DNA of 64,000 nucleotides from Antedon mediterranea (lineage: Eukaryota > Animalia > Echinodermata). The position numbers and the translations under genes are program-made. Each line of letters opens with the position of its first letter. Position 1 is the first letter of the stretch. Positions 49,030-62,200 of this stretch are shown here, piece by piece. Below the pieces are notes generated by a model. The model worked only from the letters and a program-made list of their open reading frames with translations. It searched no databases and was not told where the DNA came from. The stretch spans positions 17,440,871-17,504,870 of the forward strand of contig NC_092676.1 in NCBI RefSeq assembly GCF_964355755.1. Direction: 5' to 3'.

Positions 49030-50160
49030 TAATGACAAAATTATATGATACAGGCCCATTTCAACAACAACCAGCCTTATTGCCCCAATATTTTAAAAAG
49101 ACCAACCAGGAAGTTATAGAGGAATATCACTTATTTGCTAATATGCTCCTACATATTATAAATAAGAGATTACATTTTTGGGCAGAAGATAATACCATTT
49201 TACATCAAGAACAGAACAAGCCGGAGACAATAGACAATTATATTTATCATCAAAACAAATACTTGGCTTTCATTGATTTCAAACGTGATTCCGTAGGATA
49301 TACCATGGAAACATCCTACCTTATTTCTCCATGGATATACATACTCTTCACACTTCTAAACAATTCAGGAGTAAACGGGAAAATATTAAAATGTATTAAT
49401 TCAATGTACATCAGCTCATGTTAAGGTCGAGGGCAAAGTAATTCCTTCAAATGTTTAATCGGCTGCTTATTGTTTGCAAATCAAACGAAACATTGACATC
49501 CGATTTGATCTGCTGGCGCCGCCGGACCGGAATCGTGCCGGAACAGGTGTGAAACACCCTTAACGCGTAGGCGTTTTGGTAACTTACAATAATAATAATA
49601 ATAATATGAAATCATATATAGTATTTTATTCTAATTGTACAGTAGTAAAATATGAGGTTGAATGATGTATCAATATTAAAGAAAGTTCACTTAAAATGAT
49701 GTAAATATATTTATTTCAAATTTTAAAGAAAGACTTTGAACGACAAAAATTCCACACGCATTAAATACAATTTTGGAATTAAAATAACAAATTATAAACA
49801 TAGACCAATTAATAATAATATTAGAATTCGAAATTGTAGCCTAAAAGGAAGATGGAATTGTATTTATAGAAATGAAAGATTATGCAAATTATGTTCTCTA
49901 CAAGCAATTGATCACTTCACTTTAATTTGTCCCTTTTATTCAGATATTAGAACTAAATCCATGTTTTCCTTACGAATAACCCATCTAAATTAACATATAT
50001 TTATATTTTGTCCACTAAAATTGCTGATCTTATAACTAAGCTTGAAAAATATTTATTTATTTCATTTAAACGTAGAGAAGAATTTTTAAACGCACTCTAT
50101 TGTTAATTTGTTTATGTCTTACATTGTATATTATTTGGGCCAAAGGCCAATAAAAGAAAT
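49030..50160 (+). mobile_element. Decayed non-LTR retrotransposon (LINE) fragments: RT and C-terminal CCHC-like region
   Basis: YLAFIDFKRDSV (compare the RT motif FIDFxKAFDSV), LLNNSGVNGKILKCINSMY, and GRW..ERLCKLC..HFTLICPFYSDIR. Multiple stops and deletions. Confidence 0.75.
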
Positions 50161-50903
50161 AAAAGGATTTTACAAATTTATGGAATCTCTATCCTTTGGA
50201 TACCGGACATAACACTTTGCAGCTCATTATAATAATTTTATAATATATCATTCTTAGCCTAATCCAAAAGCTCATGGAGTACACATCAAAGTACCCTACT
50301 TACCAAATTAATTTCTGCCGGTGTATTTTTAGATAGCATTTACACCTCAGGTACAATATGTTTGGTAAACTCCGGCTTCTCTGTCCTTATACAAAAAACC
50401 TCACCATTCTAACTAACATAATAAACATTTTATTCAATCAATCGTTCCATTTTAAAGCGCCATTCCAACGAGCATTGCTAATGGCGCTGTCAAAAAGAAA
50501 AATCAAAACAAGTAAGTTTTTAGAAATGACGTAAAACGTCAAAAGACGTCGAGTTTTTAATATAATAAAGGGAGATTGTTCCAGAGCCTAGGTCCAACAG
50601 TACTGAAATATCACCCCAGCAATATTTATTAGTAACTATTATTTGCATATAATTTGCATAGGCCTGCACCATTTGGTGATACTCTATAAAGCTAAAGGAA
50701 ACAGTTCAGTAATGATAATTCATTCATTCATTACAAAACATGGATTCACACATCGACAAGGTAATTCAATTCTAAAGATACTATTTTACAATTATGATGA
50801 CAAGAATATCCAAAATAATTCTACTTTACATCTATTTATTAGCATTGAATCGAGTATAAACACGTCCTGCTATTCTGTCGGCCTATTATACAGATCCATG
50901 GAT

Positions 50904-53900
50904 TTATCTTGATGTCACACGTATCTTGTAAGGTTTATTTGACAACGTAAGCCCAAGATCACCATCAAGCGATGGAGGTAAACTGCCGATTGGAAAATCA
51001 AATTTAAAATGTTGTGTGAGAAATGTAAAGAAAAGAAATAGTTCCATCTTGGCTAATGACATACCCAAACAAATTCTACGACCTGAAAATATGATTAAAA
51101 AATAAACACAATTTAACATGGTAACAGGTAGGCCTAAACTGATGAGAAAAGCTTAAATGGAAATCGACCTCTAAGTAATACTATCGTTAAAAATGGGATT
51201 TGGCTAGGCAATTGATCTAAAAAACAGCCCAAAATGAAAATAAATAGCAAACAGAGATTCTTGTTTTTTAAATGGTCACTTATGATGATATGCAAATTAG
51301 CCTAAATATGCAAATTAGGGTGAAATTACAGGGGTTACCATATCTCAAAAATTATTAGTCAGAGAGAGTTGATTTATTCAGAATGTATATATTTATATTT
51401 GCTCTAATGATACACGAAAAAATGACCAGGAAGTATACCTCCACCAAAAGCTAAAAGATTTTCGTTCATCAATACTCCACCATTTCTATTAAGAAACCGT
51501 TCAGGAACAAAATCATAAGGTTTCTTCCATGTGGGTTCATCATGATGGACAGCCCTAAAAATGTAAATATAACTGTGATCTAGATTGTTTCTTTCAAGCG
51601 AACATATTTAGGTGTTTCTTGGGATAAAAAGGGAATAACTAAACCTACCACAAATTGGCCACAAAAACCGTCCCATTTGGTAGGTTGTATCCACCGATAG
51701 ATATAGTTTCACTTGTCTTCCTTGTGACGAACGGAGTAACTGAAGCGATTCGCTGTGCCTCGTATATTACCGCTATTGTGTACGGCATTTCTGTTTGATC
51801 ATTGAGTTCCGGATAGCGATTTGATCCCACAACCTGGAGTGAAATCACATTATTAACATTGAATTTGAATTTTGAGAAAAATAATCCCACAAAGTAGAGT
51901 TAACACACAATTGTGAAATATACTATACTAATGAACAGTGAGATTATTGTGAATTGGAATAATATATAAACAAATTATGTGTAGCATTTTAGAAAAAAAT
52001 TATAAATGTATACGAGCTAATGTTAGATGAGGATAAGATAGAAAATGTTATGGTACAGGTACTAACAATGGCTATGGCACTTTTGTTTACCTTTTCAATT
52101 TCGAGAAACACTTTCTCCTGAATTTCTGGGTGTAACCCCATGTACAGGATTATCCATGACAACGTAGAAGATGTTGTTTCGGTTCCTGCTATGAATAAAC
52201 TAGTTACATTCATTTTGATACATTCGTTACTAAAATTATCAGGGTCGATACATTCCTGTCCAATTGCAGCATCGATGAAATCGCGGTTATCATTTACTTG
52301 ATATGTTTGTCGATGTGATTTTATTTCGTGAGTAAGGAAGTCGTAAAAAGACATCCAAAGCTTCTTGTCGGAAGCAATGGTTTTCCTTTGGAATACACGT
52401 GCTAGTGGAATGAAATCATACGCTCTTCCTTGAATCCGCAGTGCCTGGTTAACCAAATCTACTATTTCTATGAATTCTTCATCATTGTGATCGTAGTTTT
52501 TGTTGAAGATCAGTCTACACATGATGTTGGACACACTAACGCCATATAAGCCTTTCATGTCAACAAGCTCTCCATCTTTCTCCTGTAAAATATAATTATA
52601 ATTGTAACAATGTATTCGAATGCATTGAGAACCAGTGACGCAACACAGGATCAGTGAAATTTAAGAAAACAAGATGAACAATGTAAAACTGAATATAGAA
52701 ATAAGGTTACCGTTTTAGACATAAAATAAAAATGTTTATATGTATATTGAGAAGAAATTGGTGTTTGAAGAATACAAAATGGAATCCACGGTGACGAGTA
52801 GTTTAATTAAAATAACACCATGGATTGTTGATGTACACAAACAAAAATACACAGTACAAAGTACATATCTATAGTTTTTAGAGAGAAAATGTTATCAGTA
52901 TATAAAGCATCTTCAAATGGTGTGATTTGTTTATTTTCTGATGAAATTAAATGGTAATACCTTTAAAAGAGAAACTAATGTTTTGATTTCTTCGGCAATT
53001 TGCTTTTCCATACATCGTTTTCCGAAACCAAAGTCTCGTAAAGTGTTCAAAGCAAACTGTCTCTGTGTTCTCCATTTGTCACCATAAGGTTGATCAAATA
53101 TTCCTTAACAAGGTAGAAAGATAATTATGTATGAAAGTAGTTCAAAATAATTAACAGATAAACATATGTATATAAAATAATAATTATAATAAATTTGAAC
53201 AAAACCTTTGATGAAAACAATTATTTATTTACATTAAAAATCGTAATTTATAGAAAGAAGGGGTAATTTCGCGTTAACCGTTTATCTATATTGTAATTGT
53301 GTTTATCTGTCTATTTTAAAACTAAATAGCATATTGAAAGATTCATCTTTATTTTTAATGTTAATTCTATTTGTAATTTTGTCTCGAAAGAGATTTATTG
53401 ACTTGTTTAATATGTTTAAATTTCAAATAAATTTCTTTATCAATTTTTAAAAACTAATTCAAACGATACCATATAGAAAATAATAGATAATAATCTACCC
53501 TCTTTGTGTGGATTAGAAAACTGACTCTGACTCCAGAAAAAGTTACGATTACTCGTCTCGGTTCTTCGAAGAATTTCTTTTACCAGCTGGACATTGTTGA
53601 CCGCCACAATCACTGAATCACCTACGGTTATCAACAAGAAGATCATACATTAATATTAATAATAAATCTTATTCAATGTATTCTTATTTTATTTTATATA
53701 AACTTGGTAGATCACTTTCTTAAAAATGTGAAGTCTTAAAAATAGTATTCTTTGTAACAATATATACACATTTTTAATAGCATTAACTAAAGAAGTTGCT
53801 CCATTGGTCGGTAAAATAGTGCACCAATGAGTATACACATCCAACTTGCAATGTTCCAAAGCAAGCATTTAGGATTTAAAACAAAAAAATAGCTACACTA

Positions 53901-54226
53901 AGTTCTCTATTTTTAGGCCCATACTATATATTTCGATACTAACGTTGTAACCAACACAATCGTGTATCGATTGCACGCAAACATTAAACATATAATAAAA
54001 CATTACCCAACATAATGCTGAAAATGTCTCCATATTTCTTTCTAATTCTATCGAAATCATAATGAACAGATGGAGTGAGCGATAAAATACTGCCGAAGAA
54101 AGGAATTCCAATCGGGCCTGGAGGAAAGTTCCAAGTAGGCCAGCGTTTCATCAAATGCCATACAATTATAAACCCGATTACGATTACTGCAAGTCCAGCT
54201 GTAAATAATTCTGAATAAATCGCCAT
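50904..54226 (-). CDS. Cytochrome P450, clan 2, copy C, 7 exons
   Basis: Exons 54007-54226, 53499-53621, 52961-53103, 52091-52582, 51649-51833, 51439-51554, 50904-51082. Motifs: PPGP, WRTQR, AGTETT, EAQR, PERF, FGGGRRICLG. Confidence 0.95.
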
Positions 54227-56237
54227 TTTCAACAGCAAATCTGAGTGGAAAAGCACTGTGTAGGTTTATCGACGATTGCGTTTCTATCTTCAATTGAGGA
54301 TATCATTAGGTGTGTTCATTTCCTAAAGGTTTATAACATTATGAGTGAATGAACTTCATGGAAGGAAGTACTAGCAATGGTAATAATAATGTTTACATGA
54401 TTTAATCATGTCAACTTTACAATGTAGGCCTATTCGAATGAAAGTTCATACATGCTGGTAAAAATATAAAGTGTTTTTAAACGAACTTACAGCACACAAT
54501 TCAACATACCTTAAATTGTCGACATGTTACATATGTCTTCATCAGAAGAATCAAATGCTTTTGGCCATTTTTTGAAAAATCCCTGTACTTGATAATGTTA
54601 AAAATAGCTACAGTTTTGTAAAGTTTATCATTTTAACAAACAGTCTGAATATAGAAATTGTCACTGTCTGTACATTAAAATCAATAAACAATCTATATTT
54701 ACAAATTTGTATTTAGTTTATTAATTAACTCTTACACAACAATATTTATAAAAGGTATAATTACATTGGGAATGTCTGTAAAAATAATCTAAAATATAGT
54801 TCGGTCTATTACACAATCAATTTGATATACACACATTATTTTGAATATAAATATAGGCCTATACATTTATATATTACAAGGACGGAATGTTTATTAAAAA
54901 CTACAATAATTATACTGCAATGTTAAAACTTGGATGGATGGATTAATAAAAAATATTGCATCGGTTTTATTTGCACGCAGTTAAACAAAAGCAGGATTGG
55001 ATTTATTTTCACTATATCTAGAAGGCTGAATGTTAATTACTAATTTTAAAAGCGTTTTGGAAAAAAACATCAAACTATAGCATAACAAGTATAAGTGTGG
55101 TACAGTATACTGAATGTACAAGAGACTAATGCTATTAGAGTACCGTTTGATTTATCGTCAGATTAGAAAGGATGTAAAACGTCATGTAGTATAGAAATAT
55201 ATTCTAACCTTCTTAATGGAATGTTTGGTATTTTAAATAATTATTTTTTTAGTTTGATATTTTTTCTTTAACAAAAAGTTGTCCTTTCAAGTCGATACGC
55301 GAAGTATAATAAATATAATTTAAATATTTCACATGTTTTAAAATGATTCTTTCCTTATTATATTACTGCAGGTATTATCTGTTTTCAGTACACCTCTTTT
55401 TTCAAACGACAAATGATCCGACAATGCCTCAATTGCCGAGGCACGTCAGTGGAGCCTTTATAACTTGATCGTGCTGTTTAATGTTTGTAATGTGTCATTA
55501 TATTTTATGTTTTGCAAAGATCTCTAGTATCGTTTGCAAGGGAGCCATGTTAAAGTGTGCGCCCTCTATTGTTGTGGTATTTGTACACTTATATGCAAAT
55601 TATGCTTGTACACTACAGTATAATGCCAATCACGTAAAACGGCATTGAAAGGGACATTGTGGTCGAAGGCGGTGTTATGTGCGAGGCCTTACAATTTATT
55701 ATCAGTGTTTCCAGGATATGTATTGTAGTATCATACGTTATTGAAAGAATAAACCCTGCATAAAAATTAAGCCTTCGTGTACGAGTTATTAATAAAGTGT
55801 CGCTTTATTACAATTTATTAATCGTAACATCTGGGAATTAGCCAAGGTTATTGCACTGCATCCAAGCGACGACGGGCTCGTAAGAAAGGTTTCAGTCTTC
55901 GTTGGACGACGACAATCCGTGCTGGAAAGACCTGTGCACAAACTAGTGCAGTTGGTGCCAGTTGATTGAACTTATGAACTTCTCTATGCAGGATCCTTGC
56001 CATCATTTATGCTATGAAACTGTATTTATAAACGATGAGTAAATAAATGTGAATTGAATTGAATTGAATTGTGCACTTATTATCAATACGCTATAAAAAT
56101 GTCTAAAAACAATCGCCTGTAAAACATCAGAGACGTTCGTGATAGAGCTTAAGATTTGTTACATTGGTTACACTTCAATATAGTCAACAACAAAAAATTG
56201 TAAGGGGAAGATGTAGATGTATACATTTAATCTATCC

Positions 56238-59200
56238 TCACAGTTCAGAATGATCATAATACAAGCTTCGTCTTCGTCTTCTTCGTGCGTCAGGATACGT
56301 AACTTGGAACCGTGCTTGATCTAATGAACTGGAGACAAATAATGCACTACCCTTCACAACACCATGGTGACTGTACAGACCTTGATCTAGTAGCAAAGTT
56401 GATCCTAAAAGAATAAAAGTATTATTGGTAACTGAAATTTAACAAAATACATAATGAATTTATACTGTACTAAAATAATATTATAAATTAGAAAACACTG
56501 TGATGTCGTGACATTATGGTTTAAGAAATACCCGATTCCAATTGTTCAAATTATCAGATAGTAGACGTAATTGTATGAAATTTTAGACGCTTTCTATTAT
56601 CATAATGGCCTTTTGTACTCGATTTTTGCAATAACACACATCCAGATAATCTAAAAAACATAGGCCTCAAAGTTTATTAAGGTACAAACAAACAATGTGC
56701 AAGAGTTAACGTACCTTCTTCTTCATTGTCAATTGAATAGTGAGCTTCCAGCAGTTTCTTATGTCTTTGTCGCTCTAACCCTGCTAACTCCAAATGCTCG
56801 TTTATTTCACTGTCAATTAAAGCCAGTCCCCAGATCCTTATCTGTAATGGTGAATGAAATTCAACATGGATGATTTTCAACAACGCAACTGACTCTTTAG
56901 TTGCCCCTGACCAAAGTCAAAGGTTGGTATTAACCACTAATTGTGTTTTATTTTTGTATTACAATGAATGTCAGTGACAGATCTGGGATTTTGAAATGAG
57001 GGTTCAGCCTCAAACTAATAAAATATCAACTAAAGTGCTAGAAATAACTTAATTTAAATGTTATTATTTTCTCTGAAATCTATAAGGTCCTCAACACCGC
57101 CCATTTCGTGTGACATTGTACTAAAAAGAAAATAATAGACTTACCTCATCCATAATTCCATTAAAATAAGTAGAATTATCTCGCCCGAGGTACAACATAG
57201 TTTCATTTTCAGAATATGATGTCTTTTAAAAGGACAAAAACAAAAATGTTTATATTTTTTTAAAAATTTATTTAAATATTTTATTTTTATTAATTAATTT
57301 TATTAGGGTAGAATCGGATGATAGCAGTGTTTATGACCTTAAGTATAATAATACTTTTGTTTTATAAATTTTATAAATCAAATGTGAGTTTTGGTCTAAT
57401 AAACTCGCAAGACCAAGTATAGGCTAAAGGACATTTAACACAAACATTATTCCTTCCATCTCTCTTATGCTAAAACTACCATTTTCAAGAAGTAACAGAA
57501 TAATTCGAATACAATCAATGCTGTGAGATGGCTTACCCATGTAACAGGACTAATATTTTCGAGAAAAGCCTCTGTGCCAGATGTCGTTCCATTTAGGAAT
57601 AATGACAACTCATGATCTGTATTGATATAAAGTAATTGAAACATTTATACTTGGAAAGTATTGTGTCATTAATAAAGAAAATCACACAAATGAAATTGAT
57701 TTACAGAAAGTCTTCATTTAGGTTCATATTCTGAGCCAAACATGTATTTGATTTATGAAGTACCATTCCCATGTATGAATCATTAAGCTGTGGACTGTAT
57801 GTTACATTTTTCAACTTCAAGCTTCTCTCCATCATACCAGTGCATGCAGTCGTACATCGTTGTCTCGCTCGTGTACATGATCATTGTGTACAATGGACCT
57901 AGTTTTTTATAGTACTTATCCGAGAGAACTTGTTGTATACCATGATAGCAAGTGAGCCTATGTAATGGCTATGGATTACGGTTCCACTGTCTTAACCGTT
58001 CGGCCACTCGCATATAAGTAGAAACTCATGAAACTCACTTTGTGCATCATATCTCATTGCAACATGTGTCCAAACATTCTCTCCAATTATTGTTCCATTC
58101 GATAAAACACTGCTTCCAAGTTGAGCAGCAATTTTTCTATAAAAAAAAACCAACAGTAGTTTTTAGAAAGAAGATGAATTACAGTTCCTTATTTATTTTC
58201 GTCAACCCCTACTGTTGAAGCATTCCTCTGTCTCTTTCTACATTTTATGTTCCAGAAAATGTTGTCTTCAGATAATTTCCTGAATGTATTACATCCACTT
58301 TGTTAACATATTGTTACATTTCTGTTTCACAAAACATTTTTTTCATATGTTAACATATAAATAAATATTCATATTTATAAACATATAGCCTCTGACCAAT
58401 TCTTACCCATCTTCAATAAAGAAACAAAAGTCGCTGTTTAGTGTACATATAATTGGCATTTTGGTTGATGGATAACCAGCTGGAAGATTAACCCATGCCT
58501 CCAATGTAAAACTATTAGACACTCCAAGATTGGTTATGTTATTCAAAATGACATAATCATCGATGCCATCAAAGTATAACGCTTGGTTTATTCTGGAATA
58601 CAATAAACAACCAAAACAATAAGTGTGTTAAGTCAGGTTTTCACTGTTTAAGCTATTTATGTTAATCAACAGTTTTGCAGGGAACAGTACTCTACACAGT
58701 TATTATTTTCCATCAAGAGCAATTTTCATTTTCACTGCATGTTCGATCAGGCTGGTACGATGAACTAAAAAAAGATAACAACTTAAACAGATTGTTTACA
58801 ATATATACTGAATACTAACCTATCTGCACATTTGTATGAAAGCTTCGAAAAGATAACATCCGATTGAGCATACACCATGACCCCTAAGCGACCTCCTACA
58901 TAAGTGGTATCATAGATATCACCAGAATCTGTTAGAGTTGTTTCCTCTTGTTTTATCACAACTCTGCAAAATAATAAAATACTTATAAACATCATTGTAA
59001 CCAACAATCCTAATAATAGGATGGAAAAAGCTTCATAATAGTTCAGTTTGTTAAACAAAGTTCAATTCATTCAAATCACAGATTGTACCATAATGACATC
59101 ATCAAACCTCTGGTGTCCGATCATCAACTGGTTTTATCCTTGAAATTAAGCTGTTCAATGCATATTATTATTAAAGTCCTATTAAATTAGTCTTCTAAAA

Positions 59201-62200
59201 ATAAACTACTCATAATAGTATCCTATTTATTCAATGGTATTTTTTTCATTTGACAGTACATTACCTGATGAGTCCTATAGAAGGTCTGTGTGTGAGATAC
59301 CACCGATACGATGTTTCATGTTCCCAGCCTCTCATCTCTGGATCATGCCATAGCAACTCCACCTCATTATCAGTAGTGTAGGAATACCAAATTGCATCAG
59401 AAAGGGTACTAGAGGGCCCAGATAAAGATTCCACCTTCTACAAAGATAAAGCATCCAAAATGTAGCCATTTCTATTAAATACTTTTATTTAAATGTGTAC
59501 ACGGTTTATGGGATTATGGACACTCACTCATCTAACGGTGAATAGTGATGTGATAATACAAGTGGTTTGTTTTGGCTAATTGCAGTAATGATATCGTACT
59601 AAGTTAAAAAATGGATGTGATCACCAGAAGATATTAACATAAATACATATTTATCACTTGTTCTACAACTTCGTTCCACAATCAACATAATTAGGGACTT
59701 TTAGATTTCAGTGAATGTGCACAATGTCTACTCTAGAAGCCTACTTTAAAGACAGTGGCTGCGTGTGAACTAATACACCATGGTAACCCCTACTAGTCTC
59801 GAAAGCACACACGAGAAGACTCAACCAGAACCATACAGCATGTAAGCCTCGAACCCTTTGCCGATATTGTTATGGTTACACTGCCGCACCCTTTGTACCA
59901 TTTGGTATGTTTGAGTCGGTCAAAATATACATTATACATTTCTTTCTCCATGCCTGAATAGTCTATATAACTTACCTTAATCTGAATGCCTTTGACAGCA
60001 GCCTTATAACTTGGATTATTCAAATTTGCATGTTTCCACATGACAATGTAGAACTTTCGGTTGCTTTGATAACCAAACACAAACCCCATATAGCTATCAC
60101 CATTTTGACTGTTCACATACATTGTCCCAGAGTAATCAACAGCTCCGACACGGTCAGATCCAATCAGCATGGTTGGCATTTCTGTATCAATAATTTGTTG
60201 AGCTTCCTTCCCCTATTCAGAAATATTCGTCGATTTTGATAACGTTTAAAAGAGACACTTTTAGGTAATTTATTAATAAATAAAAAACCAGTCATTACAA
60301 ATATATATATATATATATATACATATATATATCTTAAATAGTAGGACATGATTTAGGAACTTTTGGGCTTCTTGAAAAGGTTTTAGAAAGAGCAGTTAGT
60401 GGAGAATAAGTGCAGTTATTAGGCTTACTAAACTTACATCATTTCGGACAGCCCATTCGGGATCTGCAGCATTTGCAAGACTTGTGTCAAGGTTTACAGT
60501 GATGTGGTTCTCGAAGCTTGTACTCTGATATTCATATACTTTCATGCAGTTATCTTCTTCATTAATGACACCATCTCCATCATAATCATCTTGGCAGGCA
60601 TCACCAAGACCATCACCATTGCTATCAATTTGGTTTGCGTTAGTGCATAGAGGGCAGTTGTCATCCGAGTCCGTTATCCCATCACCATCTTTATCATTGT
60701 CACACATATTACCTTTTAAAAAGATTCATGTATTTCATGCATATTAAATCAATGTTAAAATTATATTTTAATATATTATTTAGTTGTTAGGCTATATTAG
60801 ACGTAAAAATAATTGTTTAACTCTAATTCTAACTCACCAATGTCATCTAAATCTCTGTCAGATTGGTCTGGGTTCGATACTGTCTCACAATTATCAAACT
60901 CATTGATTACCCCATCTCCATCACTAGTAAAAAAAGAATTTAAAAATAGTGTTAGTGTCCGTATTGAGTACACAATATAGTAATTTTAAAAGGTGTAAAG
61001 CTAACATGATATGAGAACAAACAACAACTCTATTTAAAGTTATATTTTAACATTTATTGTTCAGAAGTTGGGTATTTAAACAAATAAATAACAAATATAA
61101 ATGATTAAAAATGTTATTCTAATTAATAATAATCTTTCCCTAACCACTCAACTAAAAGGACAAAAACATTTCCATTTACAAATCTTTATTAGTGGCACCA
61201 ACTACATCACATAAATCTCCATAGCCATTTTGATCTGTGTCTGTTTGAGCAGAATTAGAGGTTCCGATGCAGTTATCACAATCATCCCCAACACCATCAC
61301 TATCCTCATCTTCCTGACCACTGTTTGAAATGAGAGGGCAGTTATCAGAACCATCAACAACACCTTAAAAAAACATTATATTATTTTTGGTAAATAAAAT
61401 TTCATGATGTGGTTAAAGTAAATGTTAATTGAATGTTATATATTATAATTGTAAACTATTTTTATAGTGGTCTTTATGTTAGATGACAATGACAACCATT
61501 AGAACATGTTTTTCGTGACCAAGGTGAAGTCTTTCCAAACACACATGGCCTATATTTACTGTAATGAAAACAGTGCATCTCTCGGAAGAGCAAATTGTCA
61601 CTCCACTGTACTCCGCTCCAAGCCCCTGTCGTTCATGTTGGCGCTGCACTCTGGCGACAGTGGGTCCATAGAAATTTGAATTGAAGATGAACATTATCAA
61701 ACAAAAAAGGTCAGCCTTAAGAGGTAAATACTTACCATCACCATCATCGTCGGTATCACATGCATCGCCTTCTCCATCTTCATTGCTATCTAACTGGTCC
61801 CTATTGGCATCACTAGGACAATTGTCACAAACGTCACCAACACCATCTGAATCTGAGTCACTTTGGTCAATATTTGCCAAAAATGGACAGTTGTCCTATC
61901 AAAAGGATAATACTGCTTGATAATATTCATATTATACTGATTCTAATTTGAATGTCTGGCATGGACCCATCTTCGAATATAAATACTATTTTTTTTATTA
62001 AACTATCATTTTATTTTGAAGACATTTAACAAATGCAAATTGTAAGAATTCAAATTTTTAACTTACACTTGTGTCATCTATATTGTCGTTGTCATCATCA
62101 GTATCACAGATGTCTCCGATCTGGTCGCCATCTTGATCTTCTTGTCCACTGTTTGGAATATTTGGACAGTTGTCCTGAAAATCAAAGAAACAAGATTATA

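Noticed and set aside
31045-54226. One or more P450 copies being pseudogenes
   Set aside because: All three have matching exon sizes and phases, GT-AG sites and core motifs; I found no stop or frameshift.
61681-61920. Ser/Pro-rich plus-strand ORF
   Set aside because: Antisense shadow of an Asp/Gly-rich thrombospondin type-3 exon.
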